From Patescibacteria group bacterium (GTDB lineage Bacteria > Patescibacteriota > Patescibacteriia > UBA10025 > JAHIVO01): 64,000 nucleotides of DNA. Position 1 is the first letter of the stretch, and every line of letters begins with the position of its first letter. The stretch lies in contig JBAZWB010000002.1 in assembly GCA_041660605.1 (NCBI GenBank), positions 239,940 to 303,939 on the forward strand, read 5' to 3'. A program made the translations under genes and the position numbers. Positions 21,897 to 31,524 of this stretch are shown here, piece by piece. The notes beneath the pieces were generated by a model. It was not told the origin of the DNA, searched no databases, and saw only the letters and a list, made by a program, of their open reading frames with translations.

Positions 21897-22694
21897 GCAT
21901 CCGCCTTTTCCCTTTTAGGGGGGTATGCATCCAGCGATGTTGTGAGTTGATTGATTGGTTAGTAATTAAAGGTGCTGAGGATAATATAGCTTATCTCCAG
22001 GATGATGTATTTGTCAATTCAATGGGAAGTTATTGGAAAAGATGAACTATGGGAATTAATTGTTTTAAAGGTGAAAGGCATATAAGAAAAGAAGGCATGC
22101 GCTCGTTTGTTTATATATAACAAGTCTTGACAATAATCGTCGACTGGTGTAATTTTTTTAGTTAATATAATTATAGGTCCTGGGCTTCTATAAGTTTTAA
22201 TGTAAAACAACCCAGGGCTACGTTCACAGTTCAAACCATTGGAGGGACCACCTATGTGTCGACTTCAGAATCGTCGTCTCAACATGGTGCGCTGACCCGG
22301 ACGTGAGGGGGGAGAGCTTACTTGCCCCCTTAGAAGTGCTTTAACTTTTGGAGAAGTAATCGGTCGCCTTACGCCAAAACCAGCTATGACGACGCAAAAC
22401 TAAAGAGCTGGAAAGCGCTACGTGCGCCGACAGAACTATTTCCAAAATAGCACCGAAAACGTAAGCATCGTACTAGCCGTCCGAGTATTGAACCCAGAAA
22501 AAAATGGATTCAACCGGACGGCTGATTTTTTTATCCACCTTCGTCCCGTCAAGGCGGGACTACGGGGGATTCCCCATATTTTATTTCTACGCAGAAAACT
22601 GCGAAGTATTAATATTGAGGGGAATAAAAAAATACCTCTCTGCTTTCCAATCATTTCAGACTGAATCGCAGAGAGGCTTGTGGAGTTGGACGGC

Positions 22695-22928
22695 TCAGGG
22701 GAGCTGAGAAAACTCATAATTGCAAATGCATCTTGATGTCTGACAATCCTTGCATTCATGGACTTGCCGGACGCCTTTGCCAACTGAGCTTAAATCCCAG
22801 CTACCATGTGACGGGCCAAAAATCCGATGGGGGCAGGCAGTACTGGCAGTGCTAAGTTGTGCTTGACCCATTGCAATAATCTCGGCTCTGAGTTCAGGTA
22901 TATCTCCAATCCTTTTATTATTCCCCAT
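22695..22928 (-). CDS. Small Cys-rich (possible Zn-binding) protein
   Basis: GAGGAGG RBS; CPH...ECKDC...CIC. Confidence 0.5.
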   Translation of the reverse strand: MGNNKRIGDIPELRAEIIAMGQAQLSTASTACPHRIFGPSHGSWDLSSVGKGVRQVHECKDCQTSRCICNYEFSQLP

Positions 22929-23084
22929 ATTTACCTCCTCTATAATATAAAGGGCATTTGACTTAATTCCATATTTGCCATAAGCTATTTGCCATAAGCT
23001 TAAGTAACTACCAATATTACTGATTGATAGCCAGCTTGTCAATAGATAAAAAATAATCTATAATATAAATCAAGGAAAATATTT

Positions 23085-23321
23085 ATGGGCATACCTGCCA
23101 AACGAAGAACCAAACAATCAAAACGAGAGCGTGCCTCGCATTTCGCGCTGGAGGAAAAACAGCTGGGCGTCTGTCCAAAATGCAAAAAATCAGTTCTCCC
23201 CCACCATGTCTGCAAATTCTGCGGATATTACAAAGGGCAGGATGTTTTATTTCTGGACACCAAGGCGGAGCGCAAGAAGAAGAAAGCCAAGAAAAAGGAA
23301 GATCGCGCGAAAAATAAATAG
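23085..23321 (+). CDS. rpmF: 50S ribosomal protein L32
   Basis: CPKC...PHHVCKFCGYYKG. Confidence 0.95.
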   Translation: MGIPAKRRTKQSKRERASHFALEEKQLGVCPKCKKSVLPHHVCKFCGYYKGQDVLFLDTKAERKKKKAKKKEDRAKNK

Positions 23322-23369
23322 CTTTTCTGTCTTTAGCTCCTTTAGCACTTATTATCCTTTTATTTAACC

Positions 23370-23846
23370 ATGTCCAACCGCCATCTTTCACGCACCATTG
23401 CCATGCAATCCCTCTACGAATGGGATTTCAATAAAATGCCGGAAAACGAGCTGGCGGTAGTGCTTGAACGCAATCTGAAAAATTTCGCGCCGGATTTCGA
23501 GGACAACGGCTTCTCCACCCATATTATAAAAGGCGTGGTAAAAAACCTGGATGCCATCAATAAGCTTATCGTCAAATACGCTCCCGAATGGCCGATCGAG
23601 CAGATAACCATTGTTGACCGCAATGTCCTCCGCATCGGGATATTTGAATTGCTTTTTTCCCACGGAGAAATACCGCCAAAGGTGGCTATCAACGAAGCCA
23701 TTGAGCTGGCCAAGAGTTTTGGCGGGCAGTCGTCGGGAAAATTTATCAACGGCGTGCTTGGCACGATTTACAAGGAAGCGCAAAAAACCGGCGAGGTGCC
23801 GGTGGCCGACACCGCGCCAAAAAAAATAATTAACCAATCGTCTTAG
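23370..23846 (+). CDS. nusB: Transcription antitermination factor NusB
   Basis: [25 protein letters not shown]. Confidence 0.97.
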   Translation: MSNRHLSRTIAMQSLYEWDFNKMPENELAVVLERNLKNFAPDFEDNGFSTHIIKGVVKNLDAINKLIVKYAPEWPIEQITIVDRNVLRIGIFELLFSHGEIPPKVAINEAIELAKSFGGQSSGKFINGVLGTIYKEAQKTGEVPVADTAPKKIINQSS

Positions 23847-23903
23847 ACTAGCGTTTTCACCCTAGCTGGAAACCTGGTTTGAGCTGATGATCGGGGACTT
23901 TCT

Positions 23904-24593
23904 ATGAAAGATTTTTCCAAACTGGAGAAAAAAATAAAAGTTAAATTTGCCAACCAGGATTTGCTCAAACAAGCGATGGTGCACCGTTCCTACCTGAACG
24001 AACACCCTAGCTTTAGTTTGGGGCACAACGAAAGGCTGGAATTCCTGGGTGATGCGGTGCTGGAACTGGTCGTTACCAGATACCTCTACCTGAACTACGA
24101 AAATCCCGAAGGCGAGCTGACTAACTGGCGCGCCAGCCTGGTGAATTCCAATATGCTGGCGGAGGTCGCCACCGAGTTGGAGCTGAATGAATTCCTGTAT
24201 CTCTCAAAAGGCGAGTCAAAAGACTCCAGCAGTAAAGCCCGTCAGTACATCCTGGCCAACTCCTTCGAAGCGCTGATCGGCTCAATCTACCTGGACCAGG
24301 GCTTGAATATCGTGGAAAAATTCATTCAACAGAATATCATCACCAAGCTGGATGAAATTCTGGACAAAAAGCTTTACCAGGACCCGAAGAGCAAATTTCA
24401 GGAGCATTCGCAGGATAAATTCGGCATCACGCCCTCCTATAGGGTTATTTCCGAAGCCGGACCGGATCACAATAAAAAATTCGTCATCGGCGTTTATCTG
24501 GACAAGGAACTGATTGCCAAAGGCCAGGGCTCATCCAAGCATGAAGCGCAGGTTGACGCCGCGGACAAAGGCCTGAAAGTGAAAGGGTGGTAA
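23904..24593 (+). CDS. rnc: Ribonuclease III
   Basis: NERLEFLGDAVL, FEALIG, C-terminal dsRBD. Confidence 0.98.
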   Translation: MKDFSKLEKKIKVKFANQDLLKQAMVHRSYLNEHPSFSLGHNERLEFLGDAVLELVVTRYLYLNYENPEGELTNWRASLVNSNMLAEVATELELNEFLYLSKGESKDSSSKARQYILANSFEALIGSIYLDQGLNIVEKFIQQNIITKLDEILDKKLYQDPKSKFQEHSQDKFGITPSYRVISEAGPDHNKKFVIGVYLDKELIAKGQGSSKHEAQVDAADKGLKVKGW

Positions 24594-24733
24594 TTAGTAA
24601 ATAAACCTATCGCCATCCCAAAGATACTTTGGGAATTTTATATTGACAATCTTTCTAGCTGTGATAATTTATTAGCAGAGAATATAATTAATGACCTTTG
24701 TTAAACAATCCAACCCAACCAGAGGAGGGTGTA

Positions 24734-25051
24734 ATGGCAACCTTGAATGTCAATGGACGCGAGATTAGCGCCACGGAAATCGGGCCCGTAACCCATGTTT
24801 TTAGCTCGATTGGCGTTTTTGCCGTCAAAGCGCGCCACCATGGATTTTATAGCAGTGACCAACTAGTCATTTTCAAGGAACCATCGATTAAAGGTGATCC
24901 AGCCGTTTATTGTGCCTGTTGTCAGGTAAAGTCCATTCAACTCAACCGTCAGCCAATTACCGAAGTGACTCGCGGCCAGGAAGTCGGTGTCAAAACCAAT
25001 TGCGTACTTTTGCCGCCTAACAACGCACAGGTTTTCCTGGTTACCAACTAA
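24734..25051 (+). CDS. EF-Tu domain II-like / U32 C-terminal-like beta-barrel protein
   Basis: IGPVTHVFSSIGV...VKSIQLNRQPITEVTRGQEVGVK. Confidence 0.65.
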   Translation: MATLNVNGREISATEIGPVTHVFSSIGVFAVKARHHGFYSSDQLVIFKEPSIKGDPAVYCACCQVKSIQLNRQPITEVTRGQEVGVKTNCVLLPPNNAQVFLVTN

Positions 25052-25118
25052 CGGGTAACCGATTATCGCACATTCACATCCATTTTCATTACCAAAAACT
25101 TCAAACACGGAGGTGCAT

Positions 25119-25511
25119 ATGGCCAATCAGGAACTTGTTTCTGTCGGCCGGGTATTCGAACTTTTCCCAGGTTCTAAAGGAATAACCTACTACGGCATTG
25201 AAGTAACAAGCAAACCTTTTCGCAAAGGGCAGGCGATCATTTTCCGGGGGCAAAACGGCGGTGGCGATATAAAAGCGCGAATTGGCTCAATCGAGCTCGA
25301 CAGACGCAAAGTCAACGTCGCGCTCAAAGCCGATGGACAGCCCAATGAATACGGCGTCAGGCTTCGCGACCTGCCAGCAGGCGCGGCAATCGCAGTAGGA
25401 GATGAGGTACTGATTTACAGGCAGGCTGCAGAGGCCGCTTCAAGGATGACCCTAACACAGCATTCCCGCCGCGGAAACTACGAACCGCCTATAAGGCAGT
25501 CGGTAATGTAG
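25119..25511 (+). CDS. Divergent paralog of the preceding EF-Tu domain II-like protein
   Basis: VGRVFELF...IGSIELDRRKV...YGVRL...VGDEVLIY; GGAGG RBS. Confidence 0.55.
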   Translation: MANQELVSVGRVFELFPGSKGITYYGIEVTSKPFRKGQAIIFRGQNGGGDIKARIGSIELDRRKVNVALKADGQPNEYGVRLRDLPAGAAIAVGDEVLIYRQAAEAASRMTLTQHSRRGNYEPPIRQSVM

Positions 25512-25716
25512 CTCGCCAATGATGGGAAATATTCAGGCGCGTCCGCAAGGTTACGGACGCGCTTTTTTTATCCAATTACTTTTTACATATTATCCCCCTT
25601 CGGGGGATCCCCCGAAGGGGGACTTATAACGAATTACTATTTACTCCCTTTATTTGACGACAAACTAGCGCCGGTGCTATGGTAGAAATATAAATTGCAC
25701 AAACATTGGAGGAGTT

Positions 25717-25854
25717 ATGGCTATCATAGAATTGGGGCTCATTAAATGCCCACATTGTGGAGAACTTTTTAACGAAGCAATGGTATGCTGCCCGTATTGT
25801 CAGGCAATCAATACTAAACGTGTCATCAATATTTCACACGAAATGATGGCCTAA
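25717..25854 (+). CDS. 45-aa zinc-ribbon microprotein (not in ORF track)
   Basis: GGAGGAG RBS; MAIIELGLIKCPHCGELFNEAMVCCPYCQAINTKRVINISHEMMA. Confidence 0.7.
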   Translation: MAIIELGLIKCPHCGELFNEAMVCCPYCQAINTKRVINISHEMMA

Positions 25855-25872
25855 ACCAGGAGGAAAATCCTT

Positions 25873-25983
25873 ATGTCACCCGGTGGTGTCCCACAGACAT
25901 GGATCTGCAAATGCAAGCAGCAAAATGACGGCTATGCAACCAAGTGCGGCAAATGCGGCAAGCCAAAACCTAAGACTAAGTGA
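25873..25983 (+). CDS. 36-aa RanBP2-like zinc-finger microprotein (not in ORF track)
   Basis: AGGAGG RBS; MSPGGVPQTWICKCKQQNDGYATKCGKCGKPKPKTK. Confidence 0.65.
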   Translation: MSPGGVPQTWICKCKQQNDGYATKCGKCGKPKPKTK

Positions 25984-26113
25984 TAGGCCGGCAACCAGGT
26001 TCGCGGTCGCGAATAATCAATACCCCTGCGGGACAGACAACCTTTGTCCCGCTCTTTTTTATTTAGCTACTATTATATTAATCCATAATCCTTTAATATT
26101 ACCCATAAAAGTC

Positions 26114-26240
26114 TTTACATCCGCTCCTGTCCCTGCTATTATGTTATGGAGACTATGAAAATATTTACCCCCGACAGTCACAAATTAATCTTCTCAAAAA
26201 CTAACGGATAGCTATTCCCCAAAAAGGGGAATTTTTTTTA
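26114..26240 (+). promoter_or_regulatory. pyr operon promoter and candidate attenuator leader
   Basis: TTTACA-N17-TATTAT; 18-codon leader ORF 26155-26211; hairpin ATTCCCC-AAAAA-GGGGAAT plus T-tract before pyrB. Confidence 0.55.
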
Positions 26241-26258
26241 ATATTTAAATGAATTACT

Positions 26259-27176
26259 ATGGTGAACTTCAAAAATCGAAACATTATTTCCATCCGGGAT
26301 TTCTCCAGGGAGGAAATACTGCATATTCTCGGCACCGCCAAAAAATTCAAAAACAAACCGCACCCCGACCTGCTGAAAAGAAAAATTCTGGCCAGCCTTT
26401 TTTTCGAGCCTTCAACCAGAACGAGATTTTCCTTCGAATCTGCTATGCAGCGGCTGGGCGGCTCGGTCATCTCCCTGGCTGACGCCAAAACCAGCTCCTC
26501 GGCCAAAGGCGAATCGGTTTCTGACTCCATAAAAATCGTAGATAAGTATTGCGATGTCATTGTCATGCGCCACTCGCTTGAGGGCGCCGCGCGACTGGCC
26601 GCCGAGGTTACAGACAACCCCATTCTCAACGGCGGCGACGGAGCCAACCAGCATCCCACGCAGACCTTCCTGGATCTCTTTTCCATCATGGAAACCCAGG
26701 GCCGCCTGAAAAATCTCAATGTCGCTCTGGTTGGCGACCTGAAGTACGGACGCACCACGCATTCCCTGGCTTACGCCCTGGGGCTTTTCGGCGCCCGCCT
26801 CTTCTTCGTCGCCCCGCCGTCTTTGCAGATGCCTTTCCATGTCATCCATGACCTGAAAAAAATCAAGGCAAAATATTCCACCTACACCGATCCGGAACGC
26901 CTGATGCCCAAGCTGGATATTTTTTACGCCACGCGCATCCAGAAAGAGCGCTTCGACTACCCTCTGGCTTATGAAAAAGTCAAAGACACCTTTGTCATTA
27001 CCAATAAACTGCTGGCTAAAGTAAAAAAGAATTTCAAGATACTGCACCCCCTGCCGCGGGTGAATGAAATCAACTATGAAGTGGACAATACTCCCTATGC
27101 CTACTACTTCCAGCAGGCGAACAACGGCCTGTATGTACGCCAGGCGCTACTGGCGCTGGTTCTGGGCAAAGCGTAG
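26259..27176 (+). CDS. pyrB: Aspartate carbamoyltransferase catalytic subunit
   Basis: FFEPSTRT, HPTQ, RIQKER, HPLPR. Confidence 0.98.
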   Translation: MVNFKNRNIISIRDFSREEILHILGTAKKFKNKPHPDLLKRKILASLFFEPSTRTRFSFESAMQRLGGSVISLADAKTSSSAKGESVSDSIKIVDKYCDVIVMRHSLEGAARLAAEVTDNPILNGGDGANQHPTQTFLDLFSIMETQGRLKNLNVALVGDLKYGRTTHSLAYALGLFGARLFFVAPPSLQMPFHVIHDLKKIKAKYSTYTDPERLMPKLDIFYATRIQKERFDYPLAYEKVKDTFVITNKLLAKVKKNFKILHPLPRVNEINYEVDNTPYAYYFQQANNGLYVRQALLALVLGKA

Positions 27177-27185
27177 AATCATGCG

Positions 27186-27220
27186 TAACTACTTACTACT
27201 AACTATAAACTACTAACTAA
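27186..27220. repeat. Imperfect heptamer tandem repeat
   Basis: taactac ttactac taactat aaactac taacta. Confidence 0.6.
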
Positions 27221-27225
27221 AAAAT

Positions 27226-27678
27226 ATGAGAGCTTACAAAGTTTACGCCATAAAAAACGGCACGGTCATAGACCACATTCCTGCCACCAAAGGCATGCAG
27301 ATCATTGAATTACTGAAACTGCAGCAATGGAATAAGGCAGTCACGCTGGGTGCCGGGTTCAAAAGCAAAAAACACGGGAAAAAAGACATTATAAAAATCG
27401 AGGATAAGGAGCTGTCTCCGGAAGAAGTCAATAAAATCGCGGTTATCGCTCCGACTGCCACTATTAACATCATCCGCGATTTTAAAATCAGCAAAAAATT
27501 CCGTCCGCAGCTGCCTGAGGTGCTGGAAGCTATTATCAAGTGTCCCAATCCGGCCTGTGTCACCAATCACGATCCGGTGGCCAAAACCAGATTCTACAAA
27601 GAACCCGGGAAAAAATTTGAAATCAGCTGCGCTTACTGCGAACGCTATTTCAGCGACCTGGACATAGAATTATTATAA
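27226..27678 (+). CDS. pyrI: Aspartate carbamoyltransferase regulatory subunit
   Basis: AIKNGTVIDHI, CPNPAC...CAYCE. Confidence 0.97.
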   Translation: MRAYKVYAIKNGTVIDHIPATKGMQIIELLKLQQWNKAVTLGAGFKSKKHGKKDIIKIEDKELSPEEVNKIAVIAPTATINIIRDFKISKKFRPQLPEVLEAIIKCPNPACVTNHDPVAKTRFYKEPGKKFEISCAYCERYFSDLDIELL

Positions 27679-27681
27679 ATA

Positions 27682-28602
27682 ATGGATATCAAAACCAAAA
27701 TCGCCGGTCTTAAATTAAAAAATCCGACAATTTTAGCCTCGGGCATTCTTGGCGTTTCCCGGTCTTCTCTCCAAAATGTCGTAAAAAACGGCGCCGGTGC
27801 CTGTGTCATCAAATCCATCAGCCTTGAGGAAAGAGCCGGGCACAAAGCCCCCAACATGATTACTTTTGAAGCCGGGATGATGAACGCCGTGGGGTATTCT
27901 AATCCGGGCGTTGAGGAAGCTAAAAAAGAATTCACAAAATTAAAAGAACTCGACGCTCCGATCATCGCCAGCATTATCGGCAAGGATGAGAATGAATTCG
28001 CACAAATGGCGGAGAAACTTCTGCCCGGTGAATTCTCCGCTGTGGAAGTGGTGCTGTCCTGCCCGCATACTCCCGGCTATGGAACCATGGCCGGACAAAA
28101 TTCTCCGGAGAATACGGAAAAAATAACCCGCGCTGTGCGGAAGAAAACCAAACTGCCGATTTTCATAAAAATCTCGCCGGATTCAAATCCCATCGGAGAA
28201 GTGGCAAAGGCAGCCGAGGCCGGCGGCGCGGATGGCATTACCGCCGTCAATACCATGGGACCCGGCATGATTATAGATATTCAAACAGGCCAGCCGATAC
28301 TGCATTTTAAAGTCGGTGGCGTTTCCGGCCCGGCTCTGCGTCCGATCGCCGTGCGCTGCATTTATGACATATATAAAGCGGTAAAAATACCCATTATCGG
28401 CTGCGGCGGTGTGACTTATGGCTCTGACGCCCTCCAGATGCTGATGGCCGGCGCCCGGGCGGTGGAAATTGGCACAGGCATTTACTATCGCGGTTCTGAT
28501 ATTTTTCATAAAGTGAATAAAGAAATCAGCGAATTCATGACACAAAAAAAATACGTCGGTTTAAATGATATAATCGGCTTAACCCATAAATTAGAGGAAT
28601 AA
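27682..28602 (+). CDS. pyrD: Dihydroorotate dehydrogenase (class 1B) catalytic subunit
   Basis: LSCPH, AVNT, GGVSG, IGCGGV. Confidence 0.96.
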   Translation: MDIKTKIAGLKLKNPTILASGILGVSRSSLQNVVKNGAGACVIKSISLEERAGHKAPNMITFEAGMMNAVGYSNPGVEEAKKEFTKLKELDAPIIASIIGKDENEFAQMAEKLLPGEFSAVEVVLSCPHTPGYGTMAGQNSPENTEKITRAVRKKTKLPIFIKISPDSNPIGEVAKAAEAGGADGITAVNTMGPGMIIDIQTGQPILHFKVGGVSGPALRPIAVRCIYDIYKAVKIPIIGCGGVTYGSDALQMLMAGARAVEIGTGIYYRGSDIFHKVNKEISEFMTQKKYVGLNDIIGLTHKLEE

Positions 28603-28604
28603 AT

Positions 28605-29423
28605 ATGGAAAATGCCCTGGGAAAAATTGAACAGCCAATTTCACTGCCCATTGTGGAAATTGTTGAAGAAACCGCAACAGTAAAAACTTTTTTCTTTAAA
28701 AAAGAATTCGACTCGCAGCCAGGACAGTTTGTCATAATGTGGATACCGCGCGTTGACGAGAAACCCTTCAGCGTGTCCTATGACGACCATGGCCGGCTTG
28801 GATTATCAATCGCCAACGTCGGGCCTTTTACTAAAAATTTATTTAATAAAAAAGTCGGCGACCTGGTCGGCCTGCGCGGACCATATGGTTCCTGGTTCAA
28901 ACTGAAAAATAATTTTAAAAGGATCCTATTGGTTGGCGGCGGCTACGGCGTGGCACCGCTGGCTTTTTTGGCGCAGCGGGCGGTCAAGCAGAAAATAACC
29001 GTGGATTTTTGCAATGGTGCCCGGACGAAAAGCCTGCTGCTTTTCAAAAAAAGATTGACTGATTATAAGGTAAACCTGCATATCTCGACAGATGACGGCA
29101 GCGACGGGATCAAAGGCACGGTCATAGACGCAACTAACGACTGCCTAGGAAAAAATACCTATGATGCCGTTTATATCTGCGGGCCGGAATTAATGGAGAA
29201 AAAAATTATTGATCTCTGTGCCGAAAAAAACCTTGAGTGCCGGGTCAGCATCGAGAGATACATGAAATGCGGCTTTGGCATCTGCGGGCAGTGCTGCCTG
29301 GACGGGTCCGGAGAGCGCATGTGCCTGGAAGGACCGGTGGTCTCGGGTAAATATGCATTGAAACATAAAGAATTCGGCGCCTACCACCGCGGCAAGAGCG
29401 GCAGGAAAGAATACTACAAATAA
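28605..29423 (+). CDS. pyrK: Dihydroorotate dehydrogenase electron-transfer subunit
   Basis: GGGYGVAPL, CGP, MKCGFGICGQC...C [2Fe-2S] motif. Confidence 0.96.
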   Translation: MENALGKIEQPISLPIVEIVEETATVKTFFFKKEFDSQPGQFVIMWIPRVDEKPFSVSYDDHGRLGLSIANVGPFTKNLFNKKVGDLVGLRGPYGSWFKLKNNFKRILLVGGGYGVAPLAFLAQRAVKQKITVDFCNGARTKSLLLFKKRLTDYKVNLHISTDDGSDGIKGTVIDATNDCLGKNTYDAVYICGPELMEKKIIDLCAEKNLECRVSIERYMKCGFGICGQCCLDGSGERMCLEGPVVSGKYALKHKEFGAYHRGKSGRKEYYK

Positions 29424-29431
29424 TTAATTAC

Positions 29432-29560
29432 AAATCCGAAATTCGAAGTACGAAATCCTAAACAATACTTAATGATAAAATTTAAAACATATTTTGTTTT
29501 AAACATTAAAATTTAGAAATTTGAATTTGTTTCGAATTTCGAAATTCGTGCTTAGTATTT
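29432..29560. repeat. Heptamer-periodic inverted-repeat element (MITE-like), copy 1
   Basis: aaatccg aaattcg aagtacg aaatcct ... cgaattt cgaaatt cgtgctt agtattt. Confidence 0.75.
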
Positions 29561-29567
29561 ATTTACT

Positions 29568-30866
29568 ATGGATATAATAAATCTTAAAAACTGCCGGCTC
29601 CCTAACGGCGATATCACCGATATTCTGCTTAGGAATGGGCTGATTGAAAAAATTGAGCCAAACTTGACCGCTAAACACTCCATTGAAATAGGAAAGAACC
29701 TGGTCATCCCCGGGGTGATTGACGCACATGTGCATTTCCGCGAGCCCGGCGGCGAGCAGAAGGAAGACTGGCTGACCGGCGCGCAATCAGCCGCCGCCGG
29801 TGGCGTGACTACTGTCATTGATATGCCGAATAACAATCCGCCGGCGATTGACGAGGCGTCGCTGAATAATAAAAGGGTGCTGGCTGGCAAAAGCATTATT
29901 AACTATGGGCTTTACCTTGGCGCCACCGCTGATAACATTGAACAGATAAAAAAAACAAAAGACGTGGCTGGCGTTAAAATATTTGTCGGCTCTTCTACCG
30001 GCACTCTGCTGGTGTCCGGGGACAAAGAAATCGAAAAGCTTTTTTCATTGCCGAATATCCACTGGGTTATACACGCGGAAGATGAGAGCATTATCAATGC
30101 AAACATTAAAAAATACACGGAAACTGACATCCCATCTGTCCATTCTTTAATCAGGGGGCGGGAAGCGGCGATACAGGCTGTTTCAAGAATTATTAAAATC
30201 GCTAAAAAAACCAAAGCTGAAGTGCATATCTGCCATATCAGCACCGCCGAAGAAGTGGAACTGATTAAAAAGGCAAAAGCCGACGGACTGAAAATTTCCT
30301 GCGAAGTCAGCCCGCATCATCTTTTTCTAAACGAACAATCATACAAAGAATTTGGAAATTTTGTGAAAGTTAACCCGCCCCTGCGCACCGAAAACGATAA
30401 TCAGGCTTTATTCCGGGCTTTGCGCGAAGGCGTGATAGACATCATCGCCACTGACCACGCACCGCACACCCGAGACGAAAAATGGCTTCCATACGAGAAA
30501 GCCCCCTCCGGCATGCCGGAAGTGCAGACATCGTTGCCCCTGATGCTGAACGCCGTTAATGCCAATAAAATATCTTTAAACAGATTAATCGAAGTCATGT
30601 GCCTGATGCCGTCTAAGCTTTTGAAAATAAAAAACAAAGGCCAGATTGCCAAAGGCTATGACGCAGATTTAACCGTTATTGATCTGGAGAAGAAAGCGAT
30701 ATTAAGTAATAAGGACATCAAATCAAAATGCGGCTGGTCGCCATATGACGGCTGGGAGCTGCAGGGCTGGCCGATCATGACCTTTGTCGGCGGGCAGCTG
30801 GTATTTGACCGCGGAAAATTATATAGTGAACATAAAGGCAAGGAAATATTTTATGGAACAATATAA
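29568..30866 (+). CDS. pyrC: Dihydroorotase
   Basis: DAHVHFREPG, DMPN, HICHIS, KVNPPLR, TDHAPH. Confidence 0.97.
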   Translation: MDIINLKNCRLPNGDITDILLRNGLIEKIEPNLTAKHSIEIGKNLVIPGVIDAHVHFREPGGEQKEDWLTGAQSAAAGGVTTVIDMPNNNPPAIDEASLNNKRVLAGKSIINYGLYLGATADNIEQIKKTKDVAGVKIFVGSSTGTLLVSGDKEIEKLFSLPNIHWVIHAEDESIINANIKKYTETDIPSVHSLIRGREAAIQAVSRIIKIAKKTKAEVHICHISTAEEVELIKKAKADGLKISCEVSPHHLFLNEQSYKEFGNFVKVNPPLRTENDNQALFRALREGVIDIIATDHAPHTRDEKWLPYEKAPSGMPEVQTSLPLMLNAVNANKISLNRLIEVMCLMPSKLLKIKNKGQIAKGYDADLTVIDLEKKAILSNKDIKSKCGWSPYDGWELQGWPIMTFVGGQLVFDRGKLYSEHKGKEIFYGTI

Positions 30867-31524
30867 AAAAGATTTCATCACTTTCTTGGCTGAATCAAAT
30901 GCTCTGCAGTTCGGCGAATTCACTTTGAAAAGCGGCCGGCTCTCTCCGTATTTTATTAATACCGGGCTTTTTGACACCGGAGAGCAGATCGCCACTCTTG
31001 GCGAGTACTACGCTGATGCCATAAAAAACGCCTATGGCGACAATTTCGACGTGCTCTACGGCCCGGCTTACAAAGGCATTCCTTTGTGCGTCACGGCCGC
31101 GGCTGCCCTGGCTCGTCGCCATGGCATAAATAAAAACTTTACCTTCAACCGCAAGGAAATAAAAGACCACGGAGATAAAAAGCTGATGGTCGGCCACGCT
31201 CCCCAGGCCGGCGAGCGGGTACTGATCATTGATGATGTCATTACCGACGGCGGCGCCTTGGTGGAATCCATGGAAATTTTACAGTCAACCGCCGGCCTGA
31301 AGTATGCCGGCGTTATTTTGTCAGTCAACCGCCAGGAAAAAACCAAACAGGGCAAGAATGCCGTAGAAGAATTCACCAATAAATACCAAATGCCCATTAA
31401 TTTTATCATTACTATCCGTGATATTATTGAATTCCTCAATAACCGTGAAATTAACGGCCGGGTATATCTAAACGACGATCTTAAAAATAAGATGGAAAAT
31501 TATTTAAAACAATATGGCATCTAA
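30853..31524 (+). CDS. pyrE: Orotate phosphoribosyltransferase
   Basis: FGEFTLKSGRLSPYF, GPAYKGIP, IIDDVITDG. Confidence 0.97.
   Translation: MEQYKKDFITFLAESNALQFGEFTLKSGRLSPYFINTGLFDTGEQIATLGEYYADAIKNAYGDNFDVLYGPAYKGIPLCVTAAAALARRHGINKNFTFNRKEIKDHGDKKLMVGHAPQAGERVLIIDDVITDGGALVESMEILQSTAGLKYAGVILSVNRQEKTKQGKNAVEEFTNKYQMPINFIITIRDIIEFLNNREINGRVYLNDDLKNKMENYLKQYGI

Noticed and set aside
22235-22500. tmRNA or other ncRNA, or a UGA-readthrough ORF after GGAGG-ATG at 22254
   Set aside because: No tRNA-like ends or tag reading frame were found; frames are broken by stops, so a decayed ORF is more likely but cannot be supported.
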